Source of the DNA: Acidimicrobiales bacterium
GTDB taxonomy: Bacteria; Actinomycetota; Acidimicrobiia; Acidimicrobiales; RAAP-2
Length of the DNA: 64,000 bases
Assembly (NCBI GenBank): GCA_049517675.1
Contig: JBEKRV010000015.1
Coordinates: 4,148-68,147 of the forward strand
Direction: 5' to 3'
Program-made: the position numbers and the translations under genes
Shown here: positions 30,896 to 40,121 of the stretch, in pieces
Layout of the letters: the number at the start of each line of letters is the position of its first letter
Position numbering within the stretch: the first letter of the stretch is position 1
Notes under the pieces: generated by a model
What the model saw: only the letters and a program-made list of their open reading frames with translations
Told to the model about the DNA's origin: nothing
Database searches by the model: none

Positions 30896-32038
30896 GTGGA
30901 TACCGCGCTGCCCCCCGATGACGACCCGCGCCGTATCGAGCTCCGGTCGTGGTTCGAGGCCAATCCGACCCCGAGCGGTCGCCAGCTGGCCCGGCGCGGC
31001 CTGGTCGCCCCCCACTGGCCGGCCCCGTGGGGCCTCGGGGCCGACCCGACCCACCAGCTGCTGGTCGACGAGGAGCTGCGTCGCGCCGGGGTCCGGCGTC
31101 CGGACAACACCATCGGGATCGGTTGGGCCGGGCCCACCATCCTGCATGCGGGCTCCGACGAGCAAAAGGAGCGCTACCTGCTGCCCCTCCTGGCCGGCGA
31201 CGAGATCTGGTGCCAGCTCTTCAGCGAGCCGGGAGCCGGCTCCGACCTCGCGTCGCTCACCACCCGGGCGGAGCTCGACGGCGACGAGTGGGTGGTCCAG
31301 GGGCAGAAGGTGTGGACCAGCTACGCACACCGGGCCGAATTCGGGATCCTCCTGGCCCGGACGGATCCCGATGCCCCGAAGCACCAGGGGATCTCGTACT
31401 TCATCTGCCCGATGGACCTTCCCGGGATCACGGTCCGCCCCCTGGTCGACATGACCGGGACCCACACGTTCAACGAGGTCTTCCTCGACGAGGTCCGCCT
31501 TCCCCGCTCCAACCTCGTCGGCGACCCCGGCCAGGGCTGGTCGTTGGCCAAGGTCACCCTGGCCAACGAGCGGGTGTCGCTGTCGGGGGCCGGTGCGCTC
31601 TGGGGCATGGGCCCGACGGCGGACGACCTGGTCGCCGCGGTCCGCGCCGGCGGGGGGACCGGCGACCCGCTCATGCGCCAGCGCCTCGCCGCGCTGTGGG
31701 CCGAGGGGGAGATCCTCCGCCTGCTGCGACTGCGGACGGTGTCGGCGGCGGTGGCCGGCGCCCCGCCGGGACCGGAGGCCTCGGTGCGCAAGGCGCTCGC
31801 CGACGAGCACGGACAGAACATCATGGCGCTGGCCCGCGACCTGGCCGGTGCCGCCGGGATGCTGTCGGACAGCGGGCCGACCCCGGGGACCCCCGGCGAT
31901 CCGTCGTGGCCGGACGCCATCTGGTCCTACGGCTTCCTCTTCGCGCCGGCGCTGACCATCGGAGGGGGGACCTCGGAGGTCCAGCGCAACATCGTGGCGG
32001 AGCGGACCCTCGGACTGCCCCACGACCCGCAGGTGTGA
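30896..32038 (+). CDS. Acyl-CoA dehydrogenase family protein
   Basis: This is the C-terminal 380 aa of track ORF 29120-32038, which upstream is antisense to the synthetase gene. Motifs: CQLFSEPGAGSDLASL, DGDEWVVQGQKVWTS and GGTSEVQRNIVAE. Confidence 0.88.
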   Translation: MDTALPPDDDPRRIELRSWFEANPTPSGRQLARRGLVAPHWPAPWGLGADPTHQLLVDEELRRAGVRRPDNTIGIGWAGPTILHAGSDEQKERYLLPLLAGDEIWCQLFSEPGAGSDLASLTTRAELDGDEWVVQGQKVWTSYAHRAEFGILLARTDPDAPKHQGISYFICPMDLPGITVRPLVDMTGTHTFNEVFLDEVRLPRSNLVGDPGQGWSLAKVTLANERVSLSGAGALWGMGPTADDLVAAVRAGGGTGDPLMRQRLAALWAEGEILRLLRLRTVSAAVAGAPPGPEASVRKALADEHGQNIMALARDLAGAAGMLSDSGPTPGTPGDPSWPDAIWSYGFLFAPALTIGGGTSEVQRNIVAERTLGLPHDPQV

Positions 32039-32048
32039 TCCGGCGTGC

Positions 32049-32525
32049 TCAGCCGACCAACGGGCCCGCGTCCTCGTAGCCCTGGCGCACCCCACGGCCG
32101 GCGTTCCGGGTGAGCTGTTCGGGCTCGTAGAGCATCCAGTAGGCGTTCCGGGCGTGCTTCCGGGCCCGGTTGACGCAGACGACCGCCAGCTTGGCAGGGT
32201 CGTCCTCCTCCGTCTCGTGGACGAACACCTCGAGGATGTGGGTGGAGGTCATCAGCTGGGCCAGCATGATCCCCTGGGACGCCTCGTGGGCGCAGACCTG
32301 GTCGATCTCGGCCCTGCCGGGCATGCCGAGGGCGACCACGATCCGGCAGCCCTCCTGTTCGATGAGGCGCTTGCAGGCCACACCGAGGTCCTTGAACCCG
32401 GGGACGGTGCGCCGGAGCACCTCGAAGGTGGTCCCGAAGCCGGGGCAGTCCTCGAGCTCGGCGATCGCCTCCGCCCCCATGTCGTAGCGGGCGAACATGG
32501 TGTCGACGACCCCGATCCGATCCAT
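32049..32525 (-). CDS. Archaeal-type riboflavin synthase (lumazine synthase-fold paralogue)
   Basis: 158 aa. Segments IGVVDTMFARYDMG, RRTVPGFKDLGVACKRLIEQEGCRIVVALGMPGRAEIDQVCAHEASQGIMLAQLMTSTHILEVFVHE and LTRNAGRGVRQGYEDAGP align along their whole length with my recollection of Methanocaldococcus jannaschii RibC (MJ1184). Confidence 0.8.
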   Translation of the reverse strand: MDRIGVVDTMFARYDMGAEAIAELEDCPGFGTTFEVLRRTVPGFKDLGVACKRLIEQEGCRIVVALGMPGRAEIDQVCAHEASQGIMLAQLMTSTHILEVFVHETEEDDPAKLAVVCVNRARKHARNAYWMLYEPEQLTRNAGRGVRQGYEDAGPLVG

Positions 32526-32622
32526 CGGTCCACTCTACCGGCCACCCTCCGCGACGACGCCCCGACAGGGCGGTACGGCCCGGTTCGCCCGGCGCCCCCC
32601 GGGTGGGCAAGACTCGTTCCCG

Positions 32623-33954
32623 ATGAGTGCCGATCCCCCGTCCGTGGACGCCGTCGACCCCTGGGTGGCCAGGGACGCCGCCGTGGTGTGGCACGGGTTC
32701 ACCCAGATGGCCGCCTATCCGGGGAACACGCCGGTCACCGTCGAGCGGGCCGAGGGGCGGGAGCTCATCGACGTCCACGGCAACCGCTACTTCGACGCCA
32801 TCTCCTCGCTGTGGGTGACCACCCTCGGCCACCGGGTGCCCGAGCTCGACGCAGCCGTCGCCGATCAACTGGGGCGTGTGGCCCACGCCACCCTCCTCGG
32901 GAACGGCAGCCGGGCCGTCATCGAGTTCGCCGAGGCGCTGGCCGCGGTGGTCCCGGTGGACGGGGCGCACATCGCGTTCGCATCCGACGGCGCCGTCGCG
33001 GTGGAGCAGGCCCTCAAGATCGCGTTCCAGTACTGGGTCAACCGCTCGGAGCCGGGACACACCGGGTTCCTGGCCCTTTCCGACGCGTACCACGGGGACA
33101 CCGTCGGGGCCCTCTCCGTCGGCGGCGGCGGGTTCGGGACCACCGTCTTCGACCCGCTCCGGTTCCCGGTGGTGCGCACACCGGGGTACGCCACCGCGGA
33201 CTGGGCGGCCAAGGCGGTGGCGGCCGTGGGTGCCCACGCCGACTCGCTGGCCGCCATGATCATCGAACCCCTGGTGCAGGGCGCCTCGGGCATCCTGGTG
33301 GCCGATCCGGCCGACCTGGCCCTGGTCGGGCGGGCCTGCCGGGAGCACGGGGTCCTGCTGATCTGCGACGAGGTGGCGACCGGGTTCGGGCGCACGGGGC
33401 GCCTCTTCGCCTCCGAGTGGGCCGGTCCCGAATTCCGTCCCGACATCATGTGCCTGGGCAAGGGGATCAGCGGCGGGTACCTTCCGCTGTCGGCCACCGT
33501 CGCCTCGGAGCGGGTGTTCGGGGCGTTCGACGGCGAGGACCTCGGGACCACGACCTTCTACCACGGCCACTCCTACGGGGGGAACGCACTGGCCTGCGCG
33601 GTGGCCCTCCGCCACCTGCAGCTGCTGGGTGAGTGGGAGGTCCTCGACCACGTGGCCGCGGTGTCCGACCACCTGGAGGGTCGCCTGGCCGATTCGATCG
33701 CCGGACTCGACGGGGTGGCAGCAGTACGCCAGCGGGGGCTCATGGTCGGTGTCGAGCTGGCCCCACCCGTCGGGGCGACCCGCTGGGGACGGCGGGTCTG
33801 CGCCGCAGCCGTCCGACGGGGCGTGCTGCTCCGTCCCCTCGGTGACGTGGTCGTCATCATGCCGCCGCTGACCAGTACCTCCGGCGAGTTGGACCGGGTG
33901 GTCGACGTGCTGGCCGAGTGCATCGGCGAGGTGTGGACCGAGGACGCGCCGTGA
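32623..33954 (+). CDS. bioA: Adenosylmethionine-8-amino-7-oxononanoate aminotransferase
   Basis: ATG at 32623, giving 443 aa. Motifs: VWHGFTQM, FDAISSLWVTTLGH, DEVATGFGRTG and CLGKGISGGYLPLSAT (PLP lysine). It lies next to bioF and bioD. Confidence 0.92.
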   Translation: MSADPPSVDAVDPWVARDAAVVWHGFTQMAAYPGNTPVTVERAEGRELIDVHGNRYFDAISSLWVTTLGHRVPELDAAVADQLGRVAHATLLGNGSRAVIEFAEALAAVVPVDGAHIAFASDGAVAVEQALKIAFQYWVNRSEPGHTGFLALSDAYHGDTVGALSVGGGGFGTTVFDPLRFPVVRTPGYATADWAAKAVAAVGAHADSLAAMIIEPLVQGASGILVADPADLALVGRACREHGVLLICDEVATGFGRTGRLFASEWAGPEFRPDIMCLGKGISGGYLPLSATVASERVFGAFDGEDLGTTTFYHGHSYGGNALACAVALRHLQLLGEWEVLDHVAAVSDHLEGRLADSIAGLDGVAAVRQRGLMVGVELAPPVGATRWGRRVCAAAVRRGVLLRPLGDVVVIMPPLTSTSGELDRVVDVLAECIGEVWTEDAP

Positions 33955-35141
33955 CCGAAGGCGGTGCGACGGCATGGGAGTCGTGGGTCGACGACGCGTG
34001 CACGAGGGTGGCGACGGCCGGACGGTGGCGGGCCCCGCGGATGTTCGACGCCCGGGGCCACGACGGACTGCTCGGCCCCGACCCGAGCCCCGCCCGGACG
34101 GTGGTCTCCTTCGCCTCCAACGACTACCTGGGCCTGGCCACCCACCCGGCCGTGGTCGCCGCGGCCCACGATGCTCTCGACCGCTGGGGCGCCGGATCGG
34201 GAGCGTCGCGGCTGGTGACCGGGTCCCGTCCGGTGCACCACGACCTCGAGGCGGCCCTGGCCGAGTGGAAGGGCGCCGAGGCGGCTGTCGTCCTCCCTAC
34301 CGGTTTCGCGGCCAACCTGTCGGTGCTGTCGGTCTTCGCCTCGGACGGGGCGGTCGTCCACTCCGACGAGCTCAACCACGCGTCGATCATCGACGGGTGC
34401 CGCCTCGCCCGGGCAGAAGTCAGGATCTACCCGCACGGCGACCTCGATCGGCTGGACGCCTCGCTGGCCTCGGTGGCCGGACGGTCGATCGTGGTGTCGG
34501 ACACCGTGTTCTCCATGGACGGGGACATCGCCGACCTCGACGGACTGGTGGCGGTGGCCCGACGGCACGGGGCGTTGCTCGTCCTCGACGAGGCCCACGC
34601 CGTCCTCGGGCCCGACCTCGGGTGTGTGCCCGGGGTCGACGTGCTGCGGGTGGGGACCCTGTCCAAGACCCTCGGCTCCCTCGGCGGGTTCGTGGCCGGC
34701 CCCCGACGGTTCGTCGACCTCCTCGTCAACCGGGCCCGGCCCTACATCTTCACGACCGCCCCGACGCCGTCGGACGCCGGTGCGGCCCTGGCCGCCGTCG
34801 GCGTCCTGCGCTCGGCCGAAGGTGCCGAACTGCGTGACCGGCTCGGCCGACTCGTGGATCGGGTCGCCGACGGGATCGGTGCGCACGCCCACCCGTCGCC
34901 GATCGTCCCGATGGTGATCGGGCCGGAGGACGACGCGGTCGCCGCTTCGGCCGCGCTCCTCGAGCAGGGCCTGTGGGTCCCGGCCATCCGTCCCCCGACC
35001 GTCCCCGCGGGCACCTCGAGGCTGCGGGTCACGCTCTCGGCCACCCACACCGACGAACAGGTGGGCCGACTGGTCTCGGCCCTCGCAGGCCTTCCCGGCG
35101 CCGCGTCCCGACGCGCCAGGGGCGTGGGCAGTGCGGCCTGA
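33951..35141 (+). CDS. bioF: 8-amino-7-oxononanoate synthase
   Basis: The GTG overlaps the bioA stop (GTGA). Motifs: FASNDYLGLA, SDELNHASIIDG, DEAHA and GTLSKTLGSLGGFV (PLP lysine). Confidence 0.9.
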   Translation: MTEGGATAWESWVDDACTRVATAGRWRAPRMFDARGHDGLLGPDPSPARTVVSFASNDYLGLATHPAVVAAAHDALDRWGAGSGASRLVTGSRPVHHDLEAALAEWKGAEAAVVLPTGFAANLSVLSVFASDGAVVHSDELNHASIIDGCRLARAEVRIYPHGDLDRLDASLASVAGRSIVVSDTVFSMDGDIADLDGLVAVARRHGALLVLDEAHAVLGPDLGCVPGVDVLRVGTLSKTLGSLGGFVAGPRRFVDLLVNRARPYIFTTAPTPSDAGAALAAVGVLRSAEGAELRDRLGRLVDRVADGIGAHAHPSPIVPMVIGPEDDAVAASAALLEQGLWVPAIRPPTVPAGTSRLRVTLSATHTDEQVGRLVSALAGLPGAASRRARGVGSAA

Positions 35142-35811
35142 GCGGGTGGTGCTGGTGTGCGGCACCGGGACCGAGGTCGGAAAGACCTGGGTGGCCGCCC
35201 GGCTGCTCGCCGAGCTGCGCGGGCGCGGGCTCGCGGTGGCGGCCCGCAAGCCCGCCCAGTCGTTCGACATCGACACCCGAGGGGCCAGCCTGGGCGGCGC
35301 CACGGATGCGGAGGTCCTGGGGGCCGCCACCGGTGAGCCCCCGGGCACGGTCTGCCACGCCTCGCGCTCGTACCACCGGGCCATGGCCCCACCGATCGCC
35401 GCCGCGGTCCTCGGCCTGCCGGCCTTCAGCGTCGCCGATCTCGTGGGGGAGCTGTGCTGGCCGACCGACGGGGCCGACGTCGGCCTGGTGGAGACGGCGG
35501 GAGGGGTGCGCTCCCCCCAGGCCGACGATGGTGACGTGTGCGACATGATCGGGGCGGTGGGGCCCGACGTGGTCGTCCTGGTGGCGGACGCCGGACTCGG
35601 GACGATCAACAACACCCGACTGTCGATGGGTGCTCTGGCCACCGCGCCCGGTGGCCCCGACCTCGCGGTCGTGGTCGTCCTGAACCGCTACGACGGGCAC
35701 CACGAGATCCACCTTCGCAACCGCGCCTGGCTGACCGAACGGGACCGCTACCGGGTCGTGACGCTGCCCGGCGAGGAGCCCGCCCTGGCGGACCTGGTGG
35801 CGGGCGCCTGA
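35131..35811 (+). CDS. bioD: Dethiobiotin synthase
   Basis: 226 aa. It has the P-loop VVLVCGTGTEVGKTWV and the motif VETAGGV. The start overlaps the bioF end by 11 nt. Confidence 0.9.
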   Translation: MRPERVVLVCGTGTEVGKTWVAARLLAELRGRGLAVAARKPAQSFDIDTRGASLGGATDAEVLGAATGEPPGTVCHASRSYHRAMAPPIAAAVLGLPAFSVADLVGELCWPTDGADVGLVETAGGVRSPQADDGDVCDMIGAVGPDVVVLVADAGLGTINNTRLSMGALATAPGGPDLAVVVVLNRYDGHHEIHLRNRAWLTERDRYRVVTLPGEEPALADLVAGA

Positions 35812-35865
35812 TCCCACCCCGGGCGTGTCCGCCGGTCGCCGTGGCCGACGGGCGGGGTCGTCGGC

Positions 35866-36741
35866 TCAGCCGCCCATGCCCGACGCCGCCACCACCTGGC
35901 GCGACCAGGGTCGGGCCAGGCCCCGGAGGGTGTCGCACCCGTCCTCGCCGATGGCCTCGTAGGGGGCGACCGAGAGCCGGTCGGTGGCCTCCTCGATGGC
36001 CTGGCGCACGGCGGCGCCCTCCTCGCTGAGCACCAGGTGCTCGGCCGACCCCGCGGGCCGGACCCAACGGCGCTCGCGCAGTCGTTCGGTGGCCGAGGCC
36101 CACTCCTCGTCGGTCCAGCCACGGGTGGAACGCAGGAAGCTGACCGGGAGCTCCCCGGTGGCCTCGTGCATCACCAGTGCCTCGAGACCGTCGAGACCGT
36201 GCTCGAGGAGCAGGGCGATGTGGCCGTCACCCCGGAACTCCCGGAGCAGGGTCTGGGCGTGCCACAGCACCTCGAGCGGCTCCTCGGGCCAGTCCAGGCC
36301 GGCGTGGCCGGCGAAGAGCGGTCGACCCTCCATGTGCTCGCAGGCACGCAGCGCGGCTCGCCGGGCCAGCCCGGCCGCGGTGGCCAGCTCGGGCGAACCG
36401 GACGCGGCGCCGAGCATCCGGCGCAGCGCCGACCCGGCGGCGGCGGTGCGGGCCGCCAGCACCGCCGCAGGGGTCGTGGCCTCCCACACCCCTTCCATCG
36501 ACCGGTGCACGAGGGACGGTTGGAAGTTGTAGAACGTGGCGACCACGGTCCCGGCGGACACCGCGCCCATGGGCGCCGAGCGGGAGGCGAAGTAGCCGGC
36601 CTGTCCCACCAGGCCGAGCGCACGGTAGGACGCATCGGACTCGGGGGCGAAGTAGACCATGCCGTGCAGCGGCTCGACGGTCCGCCAGGTCTTCCTGGCG
36701 GTGACCGGCGAGACGGGGGACGGGGACGGGTCGGGGGTCAT
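35866..36741 (-). CDS. Conserved actinobacterial hypothetical protein (SCO6745-like)
   Basis: About 291 aa from ATG 36741 (MTPDPSPS...). It contains TARKTWRTVEPLHGMVYFAPES...GYFASRSAPMGAV. The family name is from memory and the function is unknown. Confidence 0.6.
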   Translation of the reverse strand: MTPDPSPSPVSPVTARKTWRTVEPLHGMVYFAPESDASYRALGLVGQAGYFASRSAPMGAVSAGTVVATFYNFQPSLVHRSMEGVWEATTPAAVLAARTAAAGSALRRMLGAASGSPELATAAGLARRAALRACEHMEGRPLFAGHAGLDWPEEPLEVLWHAQTLLREFRGDGHIALLLEHGLDGLEALVMHEATGELPVSFLRSTRGWTDEEWASATERLRERRWVRPAGSAEHLVLSEEGAAVRQAIEEATDRLSVAPYEAIGEDGCDTLRGLARPWSRQVVAASGMGG

Positions 36742-36941
36742 GGACCACGGTATCCGCCGCCGGTCGGTCCACGGGCGTGGAGGGCCTTCCAGGGCGTCCA
36801 CCGGATCGGGCCCGGGGGACGGGCACCGAAGAGCGGTCCCGTATAGTGCAGTGGAGTGGTCGAGACGCCGACGTCCCCGGGAGACGCAGGTCCGTCGGGT
36901 CCCAGACCAGGTGAACGTAGAGCAGGAATCAGGAGTCGGCG

Positions 36942-37154
36942 ATGTTGAACGGTGTCCCTGGCATGGTGGGCGAGACCGCGGTGGTCACCAAGGAGCTGTC
37001 GGCGACACATTCGCCCGGGTCGGTCCTGGCCCGAGGCGAGGAGTGGTTCGCCAGGCCGCTGTTCCCGGGGACGGTCATCGCCCCCGGGACGACCGTGGTG
37101 GTGGCCGACGTCGAGCGGGGGCTGCTCGTCTGCTACCCGGCGAACGACTCCTGA
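36942..37154 (+). CDS. NfeD-like OB-fold protein (short, no TM region)
   Basis: 70 aa with GGAG 6 nt upstream. An in-frame TAG at 36918 excludes an N-terminal extension. The sequence GETAVVTKELS..GSVLARGEEWFARP...IAPGTTVVVADVERGLLVC matches the NfeD C-terminal domain. It lies directly upstream of the SPFH gene. Confidence 0.7.
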   Translation: MLNGVPGMVGETAVVTKELSATHSPGSVLARGEEWFARPLFPGTVIAPGTTVVVADVERGLLVCYPANDS

Positions 37155-37313
37155 CGGGACACCTGGCCGGTCCGACGAGGCTGGCGGGCGACCGGGACCG
37201 GGCCTCCACGGAGTCGGGACGGGGCGCCCGGGTGAGGCGGCGGGGCGGCAGCCGGAACGACGCCGCATATCGGTGGCCGGCGGTGCCTAAGGTGTGACCG
37301 GGAGGTGGTCGCG

Positions 37314-38303
37314 ATGATCATCGGTTCGGTGGGGTTCGACGTCGGCGTGGCGGTGGTGGGCTTCTTCGTCTTCGCCTTCATCGTCCTCTTCTTCAAGTCG
37401 TCCTTCAAGGTCGTCCAGCAGGGTTGCGTCGGTGTGGTCAAGCGGTTCGGCGAGTTCAGGACCATCAAGCAACCGGGGCTCCACGTACTGATGCCCATGG
37501 CCGACCGGATGGACAAGGTGGACATCCGGGAGTTCCCCCGCACCGGTGACCAGCAGGCCGTGATCACCAAGGACAACGTGTCCCTGTGGGTGAGTGCCAC
37601 GATCTTCTGCCAGGTGACCGATGTGAAGCTCGCCCTCTTCGAGGTGAACGACTTCGGCCTGGCCATCGACCAGATGGCCCGGACCGCGCTGCGTGCCGTG
37701 TTCGGGGAGCTCACCCTCGACGAGTCGCTGTCGGAGCGCGAGACGATCAATTCGAAGATGCAGGACCACATGGCCGAAGCCACCCTCAAGTGGGGGGTCC
37801 GCCTCAACCGGATCGAGATCCTGGACATCACCCCGCCGACCAACGTCCTCCAGGCCATGTCCGAACAGAAGGAGGCCGAGCAGCACAAGCGGGCGGCGAT
37901 CCTGAAGTCCGAAGGCGAGCAGCAGGCGGCCATCAACAGTGCCCAGGGCCGCAAGCAGGCCAACGTGCTCGAGGCCGAGGGTCAGAAGCAGGCGTCGATC
38001 CTTGCCGCCGAGGCCCAGAAGCAGGTCCTCGAGCTGCGTGCCGACGGTGAGAAGCGGGCGGCACAGCTCCGGGGCGAGGGCGAGGCGGCGGCGCTCAATG
38101 CCATCGACATGGTGGGGATCAAGCCGAACACGCTGGCCGTCATGCAGTTGCGGGCGCTCCAGGCGGTGGCCACCTCACCCAACGCCAAGGTCGTCGTCCC
38201 CTACGAGGCGGCCGGCCTGGTGGGTGCGGCCTCGGTGCTGGTGGACGCCATGAAGGATGCCGGGGCCGTCCCGGACGCGGCGCCGGGTGCTCCGCCGAAG
38301 TAG
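37314..38303 (+). CDS. SPFH/Band 7 (stomatin-like) membrane protein
   Basis: ATG at 37314, 9 nt after GGGAGG (the track start is GTG 37305). It has an N-terminal TM helix, then VVQQGCVGVVKRFGEFRTIKQPGLHVLMP...ITKDNVSLWVSATIFCQV, then a coiled-coil Ala/Glu/Gln-rich tail. Confidence 0.9.
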   Translation: MIIGSVGFDVGVAVVGFFVFAFIVLFFKSSFKVVQQGCVGVVKRFGEFRTIKQPGLHVLMPMADRMDKVDIREFPRTGDQQAVITKDNVSLWVSATIFCQVTDVKLALFEVNDFGLAIDQMARTALRAVFGELTLDESLSERETINSKMQDHMAEATLKWGVRLNRIEILDITPPTNVLQAMSEQKEAEQHKRAAILKSEGEQQAAINSAQGRKQANVLEAEGQKQASILAAEAQKQVLELRADGEKRAAQLRGEGEAAALNAIDMVGIKPNTLAVMQLRALQAVATSPNAKVVVPYEAAGLVGAASVLVDAMKDAGAVPDAAPGAPPK

Positions 38304-38677
38304 GCCCGTCGGTCCGTGGCCGGATCCGGCACGGGCGTCCGTCGCACCCCGTGTTTCGGTACCGGAGCCGGGAACCACCGCATAGGATCGTCGGGAACGG
38401 CGAGGTCTTCCCTGCACGCTCGAGATGCCGCCCGGACTCTCGGGGCCTGTGGGCTCGGGAGAGAGCATGGTTCCTTCGAGTGGAGAGTTCGGTGCGCCCC
38501 CTGCGTCGGCCTCCGACGGCGCCGTCGCCGGTCCGGCCGAAGCAGCCGCGAGGAGCGCCGACGCCGACGGACGGGCCCATCGGGCGCCGGAGCCCCCGGG
38601 GGGTGACCTGGTGGCTCAGCCGATCCGGGCGCGGGCCGGGTGCGGGCCACCCTGTGGCTGACGACGCCGGCCGTGCG

Positions 38678-39316
38678 GTGAAGGTGCTCGTGGTGGACGA
38701 CCACGAGATGTTCTCGCAGAGTCTCGCCCGGCTCCTCTCGATCGAAGACGACATCACCGTCGTCGGGACGGCGACCACAGGGCCGATCGCACTCGAGATG
38801 GTGGCGGAGCTCCATCCGCACGTCGTGCTGGTCGACTATCAACTACCCGGTCAGAACGGCGTCTCCGTGGTGGCCGAGATCAAGCGACTGCATCCCCAGG
38901 TGATGGCCGTCATGGTCACCGGGCTGTCCGACGAACGGATCCTGCGCGCCGCGGTCGAAGCCGGATGCTCCGGCTTTCTCACCAAGGACCAGACGGCGGA
39001 CAGCGTCGCGGACGCGGTACGTTCGGCGGCGGCCGGCGAAGCGGTCATCTCGCCGTCACTGCTCGGCCGCCTGCTGCCCACGCTCGGTCGCGGCAACCGC
39101 GACCTCGGGTACGACCTCACCGAGCGTGAGCGGGAGGTACTGGTCCTGCTGTCGAACGGCCTGAGCAACAAGGCCATCGCCACCGAACTGCACCTGAGCG
39201 TCAACACCATACGGAATTACGTGCAGTCGATCCTCACCAAGCTGAACGTGCACTCGAAGCTGGAAGCGGTGTCGACCGGCGTCAAGGCCGGGATCATCGA
39301 CTACCCGTCGTCCTGA
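38678..39316 (+). CDS. Two-component response regulator, NarL/LuxR family
   Basis: GTG at 38678 within track ORF 38351-39316. The receiver domain starts VKVLVVDDHEMF and has VLVDYQLPG. The C-terminal HTH reads LTEREREVLVLLSNGLSNKAIATELHLSVNTIRNYV. No histidine kinase gene is adjacent. Confidence 0.9.
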   Translation: MKVLVVDDHEMFSQSLARLLSIEDDITVVGTATTGPIALEMVAELHPHVVLVDYQLPGQNGVSVVAEIKRLHPQVMAVMVTGLSDERILRAAVEAGCSGFLTKDQTADSVADAVRSAAAGEAVISPSLLGRLLPTLGRGNRDLGYDLTEREREVLVLLSNGLSNKAIATELHLSVNTIRNYVQSILTKLNVHSKLEAVSTGVKAGIIDYPSS

Positions 39317-39744
39317 TCGCTCGAGGAGACCGCCTTCGACATCAGGGTCAGGAGGACGTAGAGGGTCGACCGATTCCGCTCGGGCGTACCCCCCGTCGTC
39401 GATCCGTCGAGGGCAAGCATGCAGCTGTCGTCCAGCTGCCGGATGACGAAGCGTCCGTGGAACCGGCTGAAGACCCCGTCGTCACTGTGGGGCCACCAGA
39501 TGAACGGCACGGAGATCTCGGGGCCGGCCTCCGCCGTCGGTCCGAGGCGGTACCAGGGCACGGCCGTCGAGCCGTTGCCGCCACGCGTGGCCGCGCCCGG
39601 CAGCAGCGACAGCTGGAGGAAGGAGCGCAGCCAGGTGGCCGGTCGATGCTCCAGCAGGCCGACCACGGTTGCCGCCCCGGTGTCCGCCCGCTCTTCGATC
39701 CGGATGGTGTCGATGACCCTCGACCTTTCTGGCAGCTGTTGCAC
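39301..39744 (-). CDS. Hypothetical protein
   Basis: GC3 is high from about aa 50 of the track ORF onward and poor upstream, so GTG 39744 is the likely start (147 aa). I recognise no motif. The 3' end overlaps the regulator gene by 16 nt in convergent orientation. Confidence 0.5.
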   Translation of the reverse strand: MQQLPERSRVIDTIRIEERADTGAATVVGLLEHRPATWLRSFLQLSLLPGAATRGGNGSTAVPWYRLGPTAEAGPEISVPFIWWPHSDDGVFSRFHGRFVIRQLDDSCMLALDGSTTGGTPERNRSTLYVLLTLMSKAVSSSDQDDG

Positions 39745-40121
39745 CCATCCTGAGCCACGAGGTCGGGGCGGGCCAGATGTGGTTGGCCCGAATCGGTAGA
39801 TGCAGTCGCGTCCCCGGCAACCCGCCCGACGGGGTCGACCGGAGTCGCCCGCAGCCGGATCTGGCGCGTTCGGACCGTGTGGAGAGGTCACTACGCACCG
39901 GGGGACGAGACGCGAGTGCCACTGGACATTCGACGTACCTGCGTCTACACGGGCGCCACCACTCCTGTTCTACTGGGTTACATGGCAGCGAGGGGCACGA
40001 GCACGACGACGGCGACCGCGCCCGTCATCGGGGACGGTCGGTGTCGTCGCACCCGGCAGTTCACGGTCCGGACCGTCCCACGTGCCGGATCGTCGAGGAG
40101 GCCGAACCGGGAGGCCGCCCG

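Noticed and set aside
38425-38661. 78-aa ORF in the gap upstream of the response regulator
   Set aside because: By my hand count GC3 is clearly lower than in the neighbouring genes. There is no SD, no TM or signal sequence and no recognisable motif. I left it unannotated but mention it in a finding.
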